Shown here: in pieces, positions 28,931-37,840 of the stretch
How the letters are laid out: each line of letters starts with the position of its first letter
Position numbering within the stretch: position 1 is the first letter of the stretch
Virus record (IMG/VR): IMGVR_UViG_3300019776_000961
Coordinates: 64,001-128,000 of that record
Direction: 5' to 3' (one strand)
Length of the DNA: 64,000 nt
Source of the DNA: a virus
The notes under the pieces: model-generated
Database searches by the model: none
What the model was told of the DNA's origin: nothing
Seen by the model: the letters and a program-made list of their open reading frames with translations, nothing else
Position numbers and translations under genes: made by a program

Positions 28931-30667
28931 TTATATATTTGTCTGTGTTTCAATATTTTCATTATCAAGTCCTACTTGATCCTTGAGAATTTGAAACTCT
29001 GTATATGTTTTCATTGCGATTAATTCATTTGAATATGAATTATTTTCAAAAATATGCTTTACACCTGTCAATAGATATATACCTAATGCTTTTGCATCGT
29101 AATTACTAAAAGGAGATGACCCATCCCTATCTACACCGATAAATCGACCAGCTTGACGGAAGGTAGAACCACGAAGTTTTATATTAATTACGTTATTTGC
29201 AAAAATGGAAGCATATAATGCTTTATTTCTACCCTGAGAAATTCTTTGCTCACTATCCTGTTCTATTACACTGAACCGGTGTTCAACGTTGGTATTTGAA
29301 GTTCTAAATGTACCAGGTGTTAGATTGGTCCATAAACTAGGCTTTATGGTATTCACATAGTTATTAAAATATGAAGCTACAATTTGTCTAATATTATTAT
29401 AATACAAGTCAACCTGAAATTGTTTGCTCTCATAATCATAGCTATGTACCATTTTAGTATTAAACTCTTTCTGCATAATACCGCCTACAGAAGGTTCGAG
29501 TGTAAAGTTATCTGCTGTACCTGTTTGTTGTAACTGAATTACATATTTGTTAGGTGTATATACGTTTTTATATTGAGGTACTGAAGAATCAGTATTAGCA
29601 TCAGAATAGTATCCACCGAGTTTGATTGTTTCTAGATAAAACTTACCCCCGGTTTCAAGTTTGGTATTACCGGTCTTATCATTCGGATCGGGTACACCAA
29701 TAAATGCATTACTAAAATATTTTGTAAGTGGTATGAATGTAAAGCATCTTGGAAATCTATTAATACGTAAAATTGCTTGATCGTATAGATTATCAACTGT
29801 GCTTACGTGTCTGCTTAGTAAGTAGTTAAGTGAATCCACGGCTTTATACTGTGCAGGTGTTGAAAAGAATATATTTGTTGCACCGATGTCCCAGTACCTA
29901 TCGTCTGGTATAATTTGTACTTTTGATGTATCGGTACCTATAATGCATGATGGTGAAGTTACATCTTCAAATGTTGCAGAGGGAAAATATGCAGGTATCT
30001 CGTAACCAGTGCCAGGAAAGGCAGCTCCTATAAATGCCTTAATAGCAGCTCCTGTTGGTATAGCGCGGTCAATATCAGAATATTCGTCTACTGTTTGTAC
30101 ACTATATCCGCCGACAGCTCCCGCTGATGTTATTGGTGTATTAAGACCTTGCAAGCCATTTTCTATAACATCTGATGTGCTCCAATATACATTTTTCTCT
30201 CTTAAATATTCGTAATATTTGTCCCAAAAATATAATTTTTTAAACTTAACGTCAGGTGTATCAGATACAATTTCCTCTACATTATAAATAGTAGCTTGAA
30301 GATAAATAGCTGAATGTCTTAATACGCTTGGGTCTTCAAGATTACCAATACCTGAACCGGTATCTTGACCTTTAGGGTAAATTAAGATAAAGATCTGATC
30401 TCTACTATCTCCTTGTAAGATATAGTTTAGTGACTTTATCTCTTGACCTGTTTCATTGATTGTAGGTGCTGCTTGACGCTCAATAGCATCATATCTATTA
30501 TCGACAACTATGAATCCCTTGTGAAAAAAGGAATCGAGTTGATCTTCGATAACAAGAGATTTAATTGCTGTGGGTGTAAGAATCTGTGACACACCAGCAG
30601 TTATTAATTCCACTTGAAAGTGAAATATATCATTATTAATCTGATGTTCTACTTGACTGGAACCCAT
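28931..30667 (-). CDS. Baseplate hub protein, gp27 / late-control-D-like
   Basis: C-terminal INIKLRGSTFRQAGRFIGV...LGIYLLTGVKHIF...YSNEL pattern; IKSLVIEDQLDSFFHKGFIVV near the N-terminus; downstream of gp53. Confidence 0.7.
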   Translation of the reverse strand: MGSSQVEHQINNDIFHFQVELITAGVSQILTPTAIKSLVIEDQLDSFFHKGFIVVDNRYDAIERQAAPTINETGQEIKSLNYILQGDSRDQIFILIYPKGQDTGSGIGNLEDPSVLRHSAIYLQATIYNVEEIVSDTPDVKFKKLYFWDKYYEYLREKNVYWSTSDVIENGLQGLNTPITSAGAVGGYSVQTVDEYSDIDRAIPTGAAIKAFIGAAFPGTGYEIPAYFPSATFEDVTSPSCIIGTDTSKVQIIPDDRYWDIGATNIFFSTPAQYKAVDSLNYLLSRHVSTVDNLYDQAILRINRFPRCFTFIPLTKYFSNAFIGVPDPNDKTGNTKLETGGKFYLETIKLGGYYSDANTDSSVPQYKNVYTPNKYVIQLQQTGTADNFTLEPSVGGIMQKEFNTKMVHSYDYESKQFQVDLYYNNIRQIVASYFNNYVNTIKPSLWTNLTPGTFRTSNTNVEHRFSVIEQDSEQRISQGRNKALYASIFANNVINIKLRGSTFRQAGRFIGVDRDGSSPFSNYDAKALGIYLLTGVKHIFENNSYSNELIAMKTYTEFQILKDQVGLDNENIETQTNI

Positions 30668-30671
30668 ATTT

Positions 30672-31037
30672 TTATGATGAAGCTTTGCCGATTTCCTGTA
30701 ACACCGCTGGTATATATTCAGGGCGTATGCATGTTAAATTAGTACTATTGGTAATACCTTTAATAGGATTATAAATTTTATTAGTAAGGGCGATTAACCA
30801 CCAGAGGTCGGTAGTACCGTAAGCGTTATAACTAATAATAGACCAAGGTTGATTCTTTGTAACACTCATAATGAATACCTTGTTAGGATCTATTGCACCG
30901 TTTATATAGAGTGATTGTAGAAGATTATAATAATACTGATTACCTTGTGTCTTATACATACGAAAGATATTTTCGTATCTATTAGGTGAGATATTAGATA
31001 ACTGATTAATTTGATTTCTATATGAACCTAGAATCAT
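30672..31037 (-). CDS. gp53: Baseplate wedge subunit, gp53-like (LysM-like)
   Basis: WSIISYNAYGTTDLWWLIALTNKIYNP. Confidence 0.85.
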   Translation of the reverse strand: MILGSYRNQINQLSNISPNRYENIFRMYKTQGNQYYYNLLQSLYINGAIDPNKVFIMSVTKNQPWSIISYNAYGTTDLWWLIALTNKIYNPIKGITNSTNLTCIRPEYIPAVLQEIGKASS

Positions 31038-31042
31038 ATAGA

Positions 31043-31048
31043 TATTTA
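31043..31048 (-). promoter_or_regulatory. T4-late-like promoter box (gp53)
   Basis: TAAATA, then 5 nt, then ATG at 31037. Confidence 0.7.
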
Positions 31049-31073
31049 ATGCCTAATAACGGTTTATAAACTG

Positions 31074-32393
31074 TTACCCACCTGGTGTATAGTTAAATGT
31101 AGGTTCAGGGCTTGTCGCTATTTGAGCAACTGTTGGACCAGTAACGTTACTTACAGCTGTATTTAATGCTGGTGATGCACCGCCAGCGTTAGCAGCGGTT
31201 ATATTTGGAGCTGCTTTTGCAGTTATAATATTACCCTGATCAATAAGCTGATACATAAAGTTTTTTGTATTACCAAGCATACTCTTTAATGTAATAGTGA
31301 CCATATATGCGTCAGGCACGATAGTATTGAACGTTCTTTTACCGTTAAATGCATTGACTTGTGCTGCACCACCTGTAGTGCTTATAATCTGATCGCTGTA
31401 GGGTACTGTAATAGGAAGTGTACGTCTTGCACCTTGAAATTTAACATCTATAGATGAGATATAACAGAAAGGAAAGAATTTAACACCAGGAATAGTTACC
31501 TCATATATAACAGGTTGATCAATTGTTGTACCTGAAGTACGACCGGGTCTATTATTGTAGAGTAATAGAAACACTAACTGCCAATTATTAATAACATCAG
31601 CATAGTCGATACTACCTGTATTTATTAGAGGAAAAGAAAACGTTATATCTTCACCATCTGTTGGGTAGTTATAAAATTTAGCTCGTTCTATATACGTTAT
31701 TTGTGGTTTACCGCTTATAAAATCACGAACCGCTCCGGTAAATTCACTTGCCTCTGTTCCGAGATTAACTGCTGTCTGCAGTAGACCTTGACCGGGGCCT
31801 ATACTACCTTCCTGTGAAAATTGATTTGTTTGTGTACTGAACGAATCATCAAAATATGGAAACAAAAATTGCCATGGTGTTGGTTTAGTAATGTATAAAT
31901 TGCGGTACGGCTGAAGCCATTGACTCTGTGCTAGGGTTGGGTTATTATCACTTCCTGGAAGAGAATTTCCGAGTGTGTTTATAGCCTGATCAAGCATCGT
32001 ACCGACATCTTTAATTAGACTACTATTCAATAGACTCTGTAATGCAGGAGCAGATATCTTATCTTTAATAGCTTTGCCTGTTGAATCAATTGTACCTGGT
32101 AACAAACCAAGTGTGTATTTTAGTTGACTTACAAGAGCGTTAACCTGTAATTGTTTTTCAGATAATTGAATTGTTGGTACTTCAATGCGTGAACTCTTTG
32201 GTGAATATGTCCAATAAAAATTATTCACTACATCTACAAAATTAGATGATGAAGATATTCCTGCTGCTTGGCCGGCTGCAGTAGATGCAGTAGTACTAGC
32301 TTTATCTTGTGTTGGTACTAAAGTTGGTAGTTGTATAGGTGCACCGGGATCAGGCGCAGCAGCAGCTTGTAAACTTTGAATACCCCAAATCAT
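31074..32393 (-). CDS. Baseplate tube-cap / tail-tube-like protein (gp48-like)
   Basis: ITFSFPLINT...PVIYEVTIPGVKFFPFCYISSIDVKF, a tube-fold pattern; lies between the tape-measure-like gene and gp53. Confidence 0.55.
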   Translation of the reverse strand: MIWGIQSLQAAAAPDPGAPIQLPTLVPTQDKASTTASTAAGQAAGISSSSNFVDVVNNFYWTYSPKSSRIEVPTIQLSEKQLQVNALVSQLKYTLGLLPGTIDSTGKAIKDKISAPALQSLLNSSLIKDVGTMLDQAINTLGNSLPGSDNNPTLAQSQWLQPYRNLYITKPTPWQFLFPYFDDSFSTQTNQFSQEGSIGPGQGLLQTAVNLGTEASEFTGAVRDFISGKPQITYIERAKFYNYPTDGEDITFSFPLINTGSIDYADVINNWQLVFLLLYNNRPGRTSGTTIDQPVIYEVTIPGVKFFPFCYISSIDVKFQGARRTLPITVPYSDQIISTTGGAAQVNAFNGKRTFNTIVPDAYMVTITLKSMLGNTKNFMYQLIDQGNIITAKAAPNITAANAGGASPALNTAVSNVTGPTVAQIATSPEPTFNYTPGG

Positions 32394-32398
32394 ATGTA

Positions 32399-32404
32399 TA
32401 TTTA
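32399..32404 (-). promoter_or_regulatory. T4-late-like promoter box
   Basis: TAAATA, then 5 nt, then ATG at 32393. Confidence 0.7.
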
Positions 32405-34612
32405 GTTAAGCTTCCAGCGGCCGCCTCGTAGTCCGCCTTGTGTATTTGCACCAAAAATAGTAGTAGGATTGCTTATACTATTAAATGTATTATTAGTATT
32501 TTTTAGAGAAAAATCTTTTTGTGAAGTTGCTTCAGTAAAATCCTTAATATTATCTAAATGATCGTTTGCTTGCTTTTGATTAGTTACAAGCTGAGCGAGC
32601 TTATCATTCATCTGCTGCAGCTGTGTTGTCATACTATCAAGCGTTTTAGAGGCAGGTGAATTTTCAAGTAAGCTAGGTGGTGTAGCAAGATCAACAGGAG
32701 CTGGAGCTATTAATTTAGCAGAGCTTGATAGGCTAATTTTTGTATTATCTGTATCTTTTAATTGTTCACTAATTTCATCCTTCCGCGTCTTGAGTCCCTC
32801 AATTTCTTGTTTTAAGCGTTCACGTTCTGCTGCTAAATCATCATACAACTCGCCCAAAATATGATCAAATGACGCATTGGTACGTGAACCCTTAAGTGTA
32901 CTCTCCGGGGCATTGCCAAATTGCTTACTAAGACCTGCTATCTTTTCATTTATTTTGTCAATTTTACTCTGTGCAATACCTATATCAATATCTTGTTTTT
33001 CTACTCTTAATTCCTTTCGACGTTTATCGAGTTTTACTTGTTCAGCTGGACTTGTAGCAGCCTGACGTGCTTTAAGAATACGGTCTTGCTCTTCTGTATT
33101 AGTATTTGTCTGACTATATCTTTTGTTAATAACGGCTGTGGTTGCAGCACCTGCAATAGCGCGTTGCTTTTCCATTAACGTCATATTATCAGTGATATGC
33201 AGATCTTTAAACGCATCGGTTACATTTAATACAGTTCTTAACATTCCACTAAAGCCTGGACTAATTTTATCAAGCTTATTAAGACCAGCAGACTGCTTAC
33301 CATAATCACTACTAAAGATATCACCGATACAGCTTATTAAGTCAACTGCCTGACCAATTATCTCACCTATACGAGCAAAAAATGATGTAACCTTTTCAAT
33401 AATGTTTTTAATTGCTACTTTTGCAATATCACCAAGATTAACTTTCTCACCTGGTGCGAGATTCTTTGCAGCTTCCTGAGCAAAAGATGATTCAAAAATA
33501 TTACCTGTAAGTGCTGTAAGTGTGTCAGATATTGGACTGAAGATTGGAAAATATTTAGATAAGATCTCAAATCCTTTTATCATGCCGTCTCTGTCACCGG
33601 CTGATACAAGCCCAAACACTTCTGTAATATGTTTGAATGTATCACTAATACCTGAAAAGGAATCGGTCACCATTTGTTTTATATTACTCCATACAGACTG
33701 AAAAGAAATATTTTTAAAGGTAGAAGTTAATCCACCAGGTGCAAGTATTTTCTGCTTTGCACCTTTACCTCCTAATATTTCTGCGATAAATTCTGAACCC
33801 GGTATTGCAAAAGCAAGATGCTTAAACCCTTCTTTCCAGTGTCCGCTTGTAAATGCCTTAAATGCATCATACACATCAAAGAACCTTCCAATAAATGGTA
33901 ACCCTCTAAGCCATTCACTAATCGTTTTATCTTGTGGTTTAATTTTGCTTACCAAACCTAAAAGTGTGTTTTTGATACCACCTTTTTTAATACTTTCAAA
34001 AAGATTGCGTACACCGGGTAGCTTCATAGCACCATATGTAAGTGCTGTTATACCACCAAATAATAATAAGAATGGGGTAAGAAATTTAAATATACCACCT
34101 TGACTCTGTTTATCAGATTTTTGACTTTGTACTTCCTTAAGAAGTGATCCAATCTTATTATCAGTACTTGTTATTCTTTGTAGCATTAGCTTTTGCTGCT
34201 TAAGCTGTAGCTGTTGTGCCATCAAAGGTGCAGGATCTCTTAGCTCTTTCTTACTTACGGCATCTGATCCTGTCTTAGTAAGAAAAGTGTCCTGTAAAGC
34301 TCTAAATCCACTAGTTACATTTTTTGAGAGTAATGTTGTCGCTCTTGCTTGTTCCTTTTGACTATTGTTGAGCTGTTCGGTTGACTCTGCAACTCTTTCA
34401 GCGGATTTTGTATTAGTTGATGCATCAGATGCAAATTGATCAGAAATTACCTTTAAACGATCTTTTATCGTTTTAAGATAGGTATCGGATAACGTGTTAA
34501 GCCTATCGCCGATAACGCGTTCTAATTCAGCTATAGCACTTATTTGCTTATCTTGCTTGCTAGCAAGATCGCCGAACACACCATTTAACTGATCATAGGT
34601 AATGCCGTCCAT
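32402..34612 (-). CDS. Tape-measure-like protein (gp29-like)
   Basis: 736 aa of coiled-coil plus Gly/hydrophobic repeats (GLPFIGRFFDVYDAF..., AIPGSEFIAEILGG); located in the tail module. Confidence 0.6.
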   Translation of the reverse strand: MDGITYDQLNGVFGDLASKQDKQISAIAELERVIGDRLNTLSDTYLKTIKDRLKVISDQFASDASTNTKSAERVAESTEQLNNSQKEQARATTLLSKNVTSGFRALQDTFLTKTGSDAVSKKELRDPAPLMAQQLQLKQQKLMLQRITSTDNKIGSLLKEVQSQKSDKQSQGGIFKFLTPFLLLFGGITALTYGAMKLPGVRNLFESIKKGGIKNTLLGLVSKIKPQDKTISEWLRGLPFIGRFFDVYDAFKAFTSGHWKEGFKHLAFAIPGSEFIAEILGGKGAKQKILAPGGLTSTFKNISFQSVWSNIKQMVTDSFSGISDTFKHITEVFGLVSAGDRDGMIKGFEILSKYFPIFSPISDTLTALTGNIFESSFAQEAAKNLAPGEKVNLGDIAKVAIKNIIEKVTSFFARIGEIIGQAVDLISCIGDIFSSDYGKQSAGLNKLDKISPGFSGMLRTVLNVTDAFKDLHITDNMTLMEKQRAIAGAATTAVINKRYSQTNTNTEEQDRILKARQAATSPAEQVKLDKRRKELRVEKQDIDIGIAQSKIDKINEKIAGLSKQFGNAPESTLKGSRTNASFDHILGELYDDLAAERERLKQEIEGLKTRKDEISEQLKDTDNTKISLSSSAKLIAPAPVDLATPPSLLENSPASKTLDSMTTQLQQMNDKLAQLVTNQKQANDHLDNIKDFTEATSQKDFSLKNTNNTFNSISNPTTIFGANTQGGLRGGRWKLN

Positions 34613-34618
34613 TCAAAA

Positions 34619-34624
34619 TATTTA
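34619..34624 (-). promoter_or_regulatory. T4-late-like promoter box
   Basis: TAAATA, then 6 nt, then ATG at 34612. Confidence 0.65.
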
Positions 34625-34635
34625 TTCAAAATATT

Positions 34636-35394
34636 TTAAACTGTAAAAAAGCTTCCGTCTATATCAATATTAATATCTTCAATCGCTGTGAATCTAGCTT
34701 CAAATTCTCGATGTGTTTTAATGAATTCGAGAATCTTATTAATTAAAGTAGATGGTAATTTTTCTACAATAGCGATTCTATCTGATGCTTTCGTCTGAAA
34801 GAAATTAATTGTAGTATTATTTTCACCGTTAGTAATTTCTATATTACTAATGAACTTAGTAAGTTCATATACAAATAATTCACTAATAACTGTTTTAAAA
34901 TCATCTGTACTTGTACCAGTCTTGTTAAGAGCGAATGTATTTAGCTCATTGTCAGCTATAAGCGTCGGGGCAGTAACTGTTACTCTTATATTATTATCTT
35001 CATAGACTGCATTGAGAGGCTGTAATGCTGTGTCTATTGAAGGGATGTCGTTAAGTTTGTTTGTTAAATCGTATGTCTTATCATTAACCTTGTATTGACT
35101 ATCAAGACTACGGGCTCGAAAAGCTAAGGCAATAGCTGACCGGTCAAAAGTATAGAGTAATTCTGTACTGACGGTATCGAGAATATTTTCCTTTATTACG
35201 CTAAAGAAGAATGTATTAAAAGAAAGCTTAGTAAGACTTTCGTCGATAGACGACTTAAGAAGTCCTTTTTGTTGCTTTAAATTTAAAGGTTTGAATTTGA
35301 CTGTACGCTTTAAGGATGGCACAAATACGTCAAAACCATTCTCTGTATTGAGTGTATCTAATTGCTTTAGTACATCGCTGATATTACTGCTCAT
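34636..35394 (-). CDS. Baseplate hub assembly protein, gp26-like
   Basis: VFVPSLKRTVKFKPLNLKQQKGLL and LYTFDRSAIALAFRARS match the gp26 N-terminus. Confidence 0.75.
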   Translation of the reverse strand: MSSNISDVLKQLDTLNTENGFDVFVPSLKRTVKFKPLNLKQQKGLLKSSIDESLTKLSFNTFFFSVIKENILDTVSTELLYTFDRSAIALAFRARSLDSQYKVNDKTYDLTNKLNDIPSIDTALQPLNAVYEDNNIRVTVTAPTLIADNELNTFALNKTGTSTDDFKTVISELFVYELTKFISNIEITNGENNTTINFFQTKASDRIAIVEKLPSTLINKILEFIKTHREFEARFTAIEDINIDIDGSFFTV

Positions 35395-35420
35395 ATTATT
35401 ATATATACACTATATATCGG

Positions 35421-36308
35421 TTAGCCAGTTCTTGGTGCAAGTGGATTAGGATTTCTTGCTGATTGTTTTTCTGCTTTTTCTTTTGCTGCTTGCTCCTCTT
35501 TGTATAGATTAATATAGATCGTCAATTCGGCTAATGTAGAGTTGGATATCAATTCATACGGTATTTTAAGCTTAGATGAAAGGTAGTACTCTAATTCATA
35601 CATTGAATTCAAATCGCGCTTAAAACATAGCTTAAGAAACTCAAGTACAGAATTGCTAAACAAATCGGTATTTATTTTAATATTTTTATTGTCGTCAGTA
35701 GATGAGAATGTAACCGATAGAAGTGTTAGCTCACTTATCTTATCATTTATTTTATTAATATGTTCATTAGCATCTTTAAAAACTGCTGCAGGTAGTAGTT
35801 CTATTAACTCATTTTTCTTATCTGTAACATCAACGTCTTTAATACGAATTTTTCGTATTGTGGATATAATAGCGTCTTCTCTGTTAGTAAAGAAAAATTC
35901 ATCAGGTATTCCGTATGTAATCTTAATGTCATTAAGGTAAGTCACTGTTATACTGTTAAGCTCTGTAAATAAACTCAGCTTATCAATTTTATCAATTACA
36001 TCAAGTATATTAAAAGATAAATTAATTGAATTCTCTGTCTCTGGATGCTTTACAACTAGTTCGAGAAATGGCGATACACAGACTGCTCGTATGGTTAATA
36101 ATATTATTAGTTTGTCTAAAAACGTAATATCACTAATACTATTTTTACAACAACTAGTTATTATTTCATTAAATGCAGTGATTATATACTCATCATTGTT
36201 ATTGAGTATAAGTTTAGCAAGCTGCTTGTAACTACTAAAAGGTACTTCAGTTAACCTAACGGTCTTATTTAAACTCGGCAAAAAAGCGGAGTATAAAAAT
36301 TTCTGCAT
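35421..36308 (-). CDS. gp26-like protein with a gp51-like C-terminal segment
   Basis: LPSLNKTVRL...TFLDKLIILLTIRAVCVS (gp26-like) plus LNSMYELEYYL...IPYELISNSTLAELTIYINLY (gp51-like). Confidence 0.6.
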   Translation of the reverse strand: MQKFLYSAFLPSLNKTVRLTEVPFSSYKQLAKLILNNNDEYIITAFNEIITSCCKNSISDITFLDKLIILLTIRAVCVSPFLELVVKHPETENSINLSFNILDVIDKIDKLSLFTELNSITVTYLNDIKITYGIPDEFFFTNREDAIISTIRKIRIKDVDVTDKKNELIELLPAAVFKDANEHINKINDKISELTLLSVTFSSTDDNKNIKINTDLFSNSVLEFLKLCFKRDLNSMYELEYYLSSKLKIPYELISNSTLAELTIYINLYKEEQAAKEKAEKQSARNPNPLAPRTG

Positions 36309-36322
36309 GTATATAATTATGC

Positions 36323-37231
36323 TTAACCCCCGACAGGGCTATATGGAGGACCAAAGGTACCGACACCAGAAGTAATATTAGGGAACCCGCTCTTGACGTA
36401 ATTTGATATAATTGCTCCAATAGGTAGATACAAGTTGTCAGCAACAGTATAATTAGAGTAAGTCCAACGAGTAGGTATTGTGGCAAGATGCTCTTCTGTA
36501 TACTCAAGTGTTTGTTCACCTACGTTAAAAGGAGCACAATTAAAGAATTGCCATACTTTTCTAGGTATCATTGAAGTGTTTTGCAATGATCTTGTATATT
36601 GAAGAATAGAAATATTAGTTTTAATATTTTTTGGATCTTTTACAGCTATTAAATTTGTAGCGGAATCACCAGGTCTCGATGCAAGACCATAGTGTGCTGT
36701 AAGAATTGACCACGGTCTAATGACAGAATCAACAAACGATGTATTTGTTTCTCTAAATGTTATTGCGAGTGTTGGTGGTTCAGTAGATCTACCATTGGCA
36801 ACAACACCAGGTAGAAAGCCTCTATTGTTAGCAACAGTGACAGAACCAATATCTAATTGTTCAGATGGAATCGTGACTTCGTGTGCAAATAAGCAACCTA
36901 TTACACTTTGAAATGGATAAGATCCAAGAGCTGCAACGGCTGATGAAATATCAAATCCGTGCTTACTTCCGTCGGTGCGCTCAAGAGATTGAAGAATATT
37001 TGAATTAAGAGCGGACGGAAAGCGTTGAATGACGATTATCCATTGAGTCGTCATGGGGATCGTGGTTAACCACGAATCCATTTGTGTTAAAAAATACTCC
37101 TGTGTGCTTACGAGAGGCTTACCGGGGATATTGAATCCGATAAGCTGTGTTATCTGAGGAGCAAACGGCGGGTTTGTACCGTTTAATAACCCGCCGATGT
37201 TTGTTAGTGCCTCTGTAAATGGATCATTCAC
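36323..37231 (-). CDS. Tail-tube-like baseplate protein (gp54-like)
   Basis: GTG start; AHEVTIPSEQL, LAITFRETN...VIRPW and RKVWQFFNCAPFNVG are a gp19-family fold pattern; next to the tube gene. Confidence 0.6.
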   Translation of the reverse strand: MNDPFTEALTNIGGLLNGTNPPFAPQITQLIGFNIPGKPLVSTQEYFLTQMDSWLTTIPMTTQWIIVIQRFPSALNSNILQSLERTDGSKHGFDISSAVAALGSYPFQSVIGCLFAHEVTIPSEQLDIGSVTVANNRGFLPGVVANGRSTEPPTLAITFRETNTSFVDSVIRPWSILTAHYGLASRPGDSATNLIAVKDPKNIKTNISILQYTRSLQNTSMIPRKVWQFFNCAPFNVGEQTLEYTEEHLATIPTRWTYSNYTVADNLYLPIGAIISNYVKSGFPNITSGVGTFGPPYSPVGG

Positions 37232-37254
37232 CTAATTATTTAATTAAGTGAATG
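37225..37254 (-). promoter_or_regulatory. 13-bp RNA hairpin occluding the GTG start of the gp54-like gene
   Basis: CAUUCAC-U-UAAUU[AAAU]AAUUA-G-GUGAAUG; the U-G wobble works only on the transcribed strand. Confidence 0.6.
37237..37242 (-). promoter_or_regulatory. T4-late-like promoter box inside a hairpin
   Basis: TAAATA, then 5 nt, then GTG at 37231. Confidence 0.65.
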
Positions 37255-37258
37255 TTAT

Positions 37259-37825
37259 TTAAGCGCTTCTTGTAAAGTAGTGGTAAGAAACGGTAGCAGT
37301 AAACTCTACTGTCTCACCTGTACCGCCTGCAATGTTGTATGTTAATGCACCAACGTTACGTGGTGATACACCGACAAGATTGTATTGTGCTATAGCATTC
37401 ATCTGGTTATCAAGCTGTACGAGACTAATAACTGATGTAGGACCGGGTGTAAAATAATAACCTGTACTATTCTGGTCGTTAAATACGTAACGTGACCAGT
37501 CTTCAAACTTCTGTCTAATCTGCGACTTAGCATCGCAATAGAATGTTAACGTATAAGCATTACTATTTGGATATACAGCATTACCTGGGACATTGAAATT
37601 AAGACCCATATATGGTACAGGTACGTTTGTAATTTCACGCTCTGGTAGTGCAGCACTCTTTACATAAACGAGATCTGATGTCTCACTAAATGTAAGAGGC
37701 TGACCGGCAGCATTGGTTACACCCGGAGTACTAATTGAAAGTACTCGGAAGTTGTAATCACGTGCGAAATCGCGCGCTTGTGCTGCTGTGTAGAAGTCTT
37801 GAATTAATTGATTTACGGATGCCAT
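37259..37825 (-). CDS. gp19: Tail tube protein, gp19-like
   Basis: VKSAALPEREITNVPVPYMG...PG...YTLTFYCD...IRQKFEDW and VEFTATVSYHYF; downstream of the sheath gene. Confidence 0.9.
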   Translation of the reverse strand: MASVNQLIQDFYTAAQARDFARDYNFRVLSISTPGVTNAAGQPLTFSETSDLVYVKSAALPEREITNVPVPYMGLNFNVPGNAVYPNSNAYTLTFYCDAKSQIRQKFEDWSRYVFNDQNSTGYYFTPGPTSVISLVQLDNQMNAIAQYNLVGVSPRNVGALTYNIAGGTGETVEFTATVSYHYFTRSA

Positions 37826-37830
37826 AAAAT

Positions 37831-37836
37831 TATTTA
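37831..37836 (-). promoter_or_regulatory. T4-late-like promoter box (tail tube)
   Basis: TAAATA, then 5 nt, then ATG at 37825. Confidence 0.7.
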
Positions 37837-37840
37837 GTCG

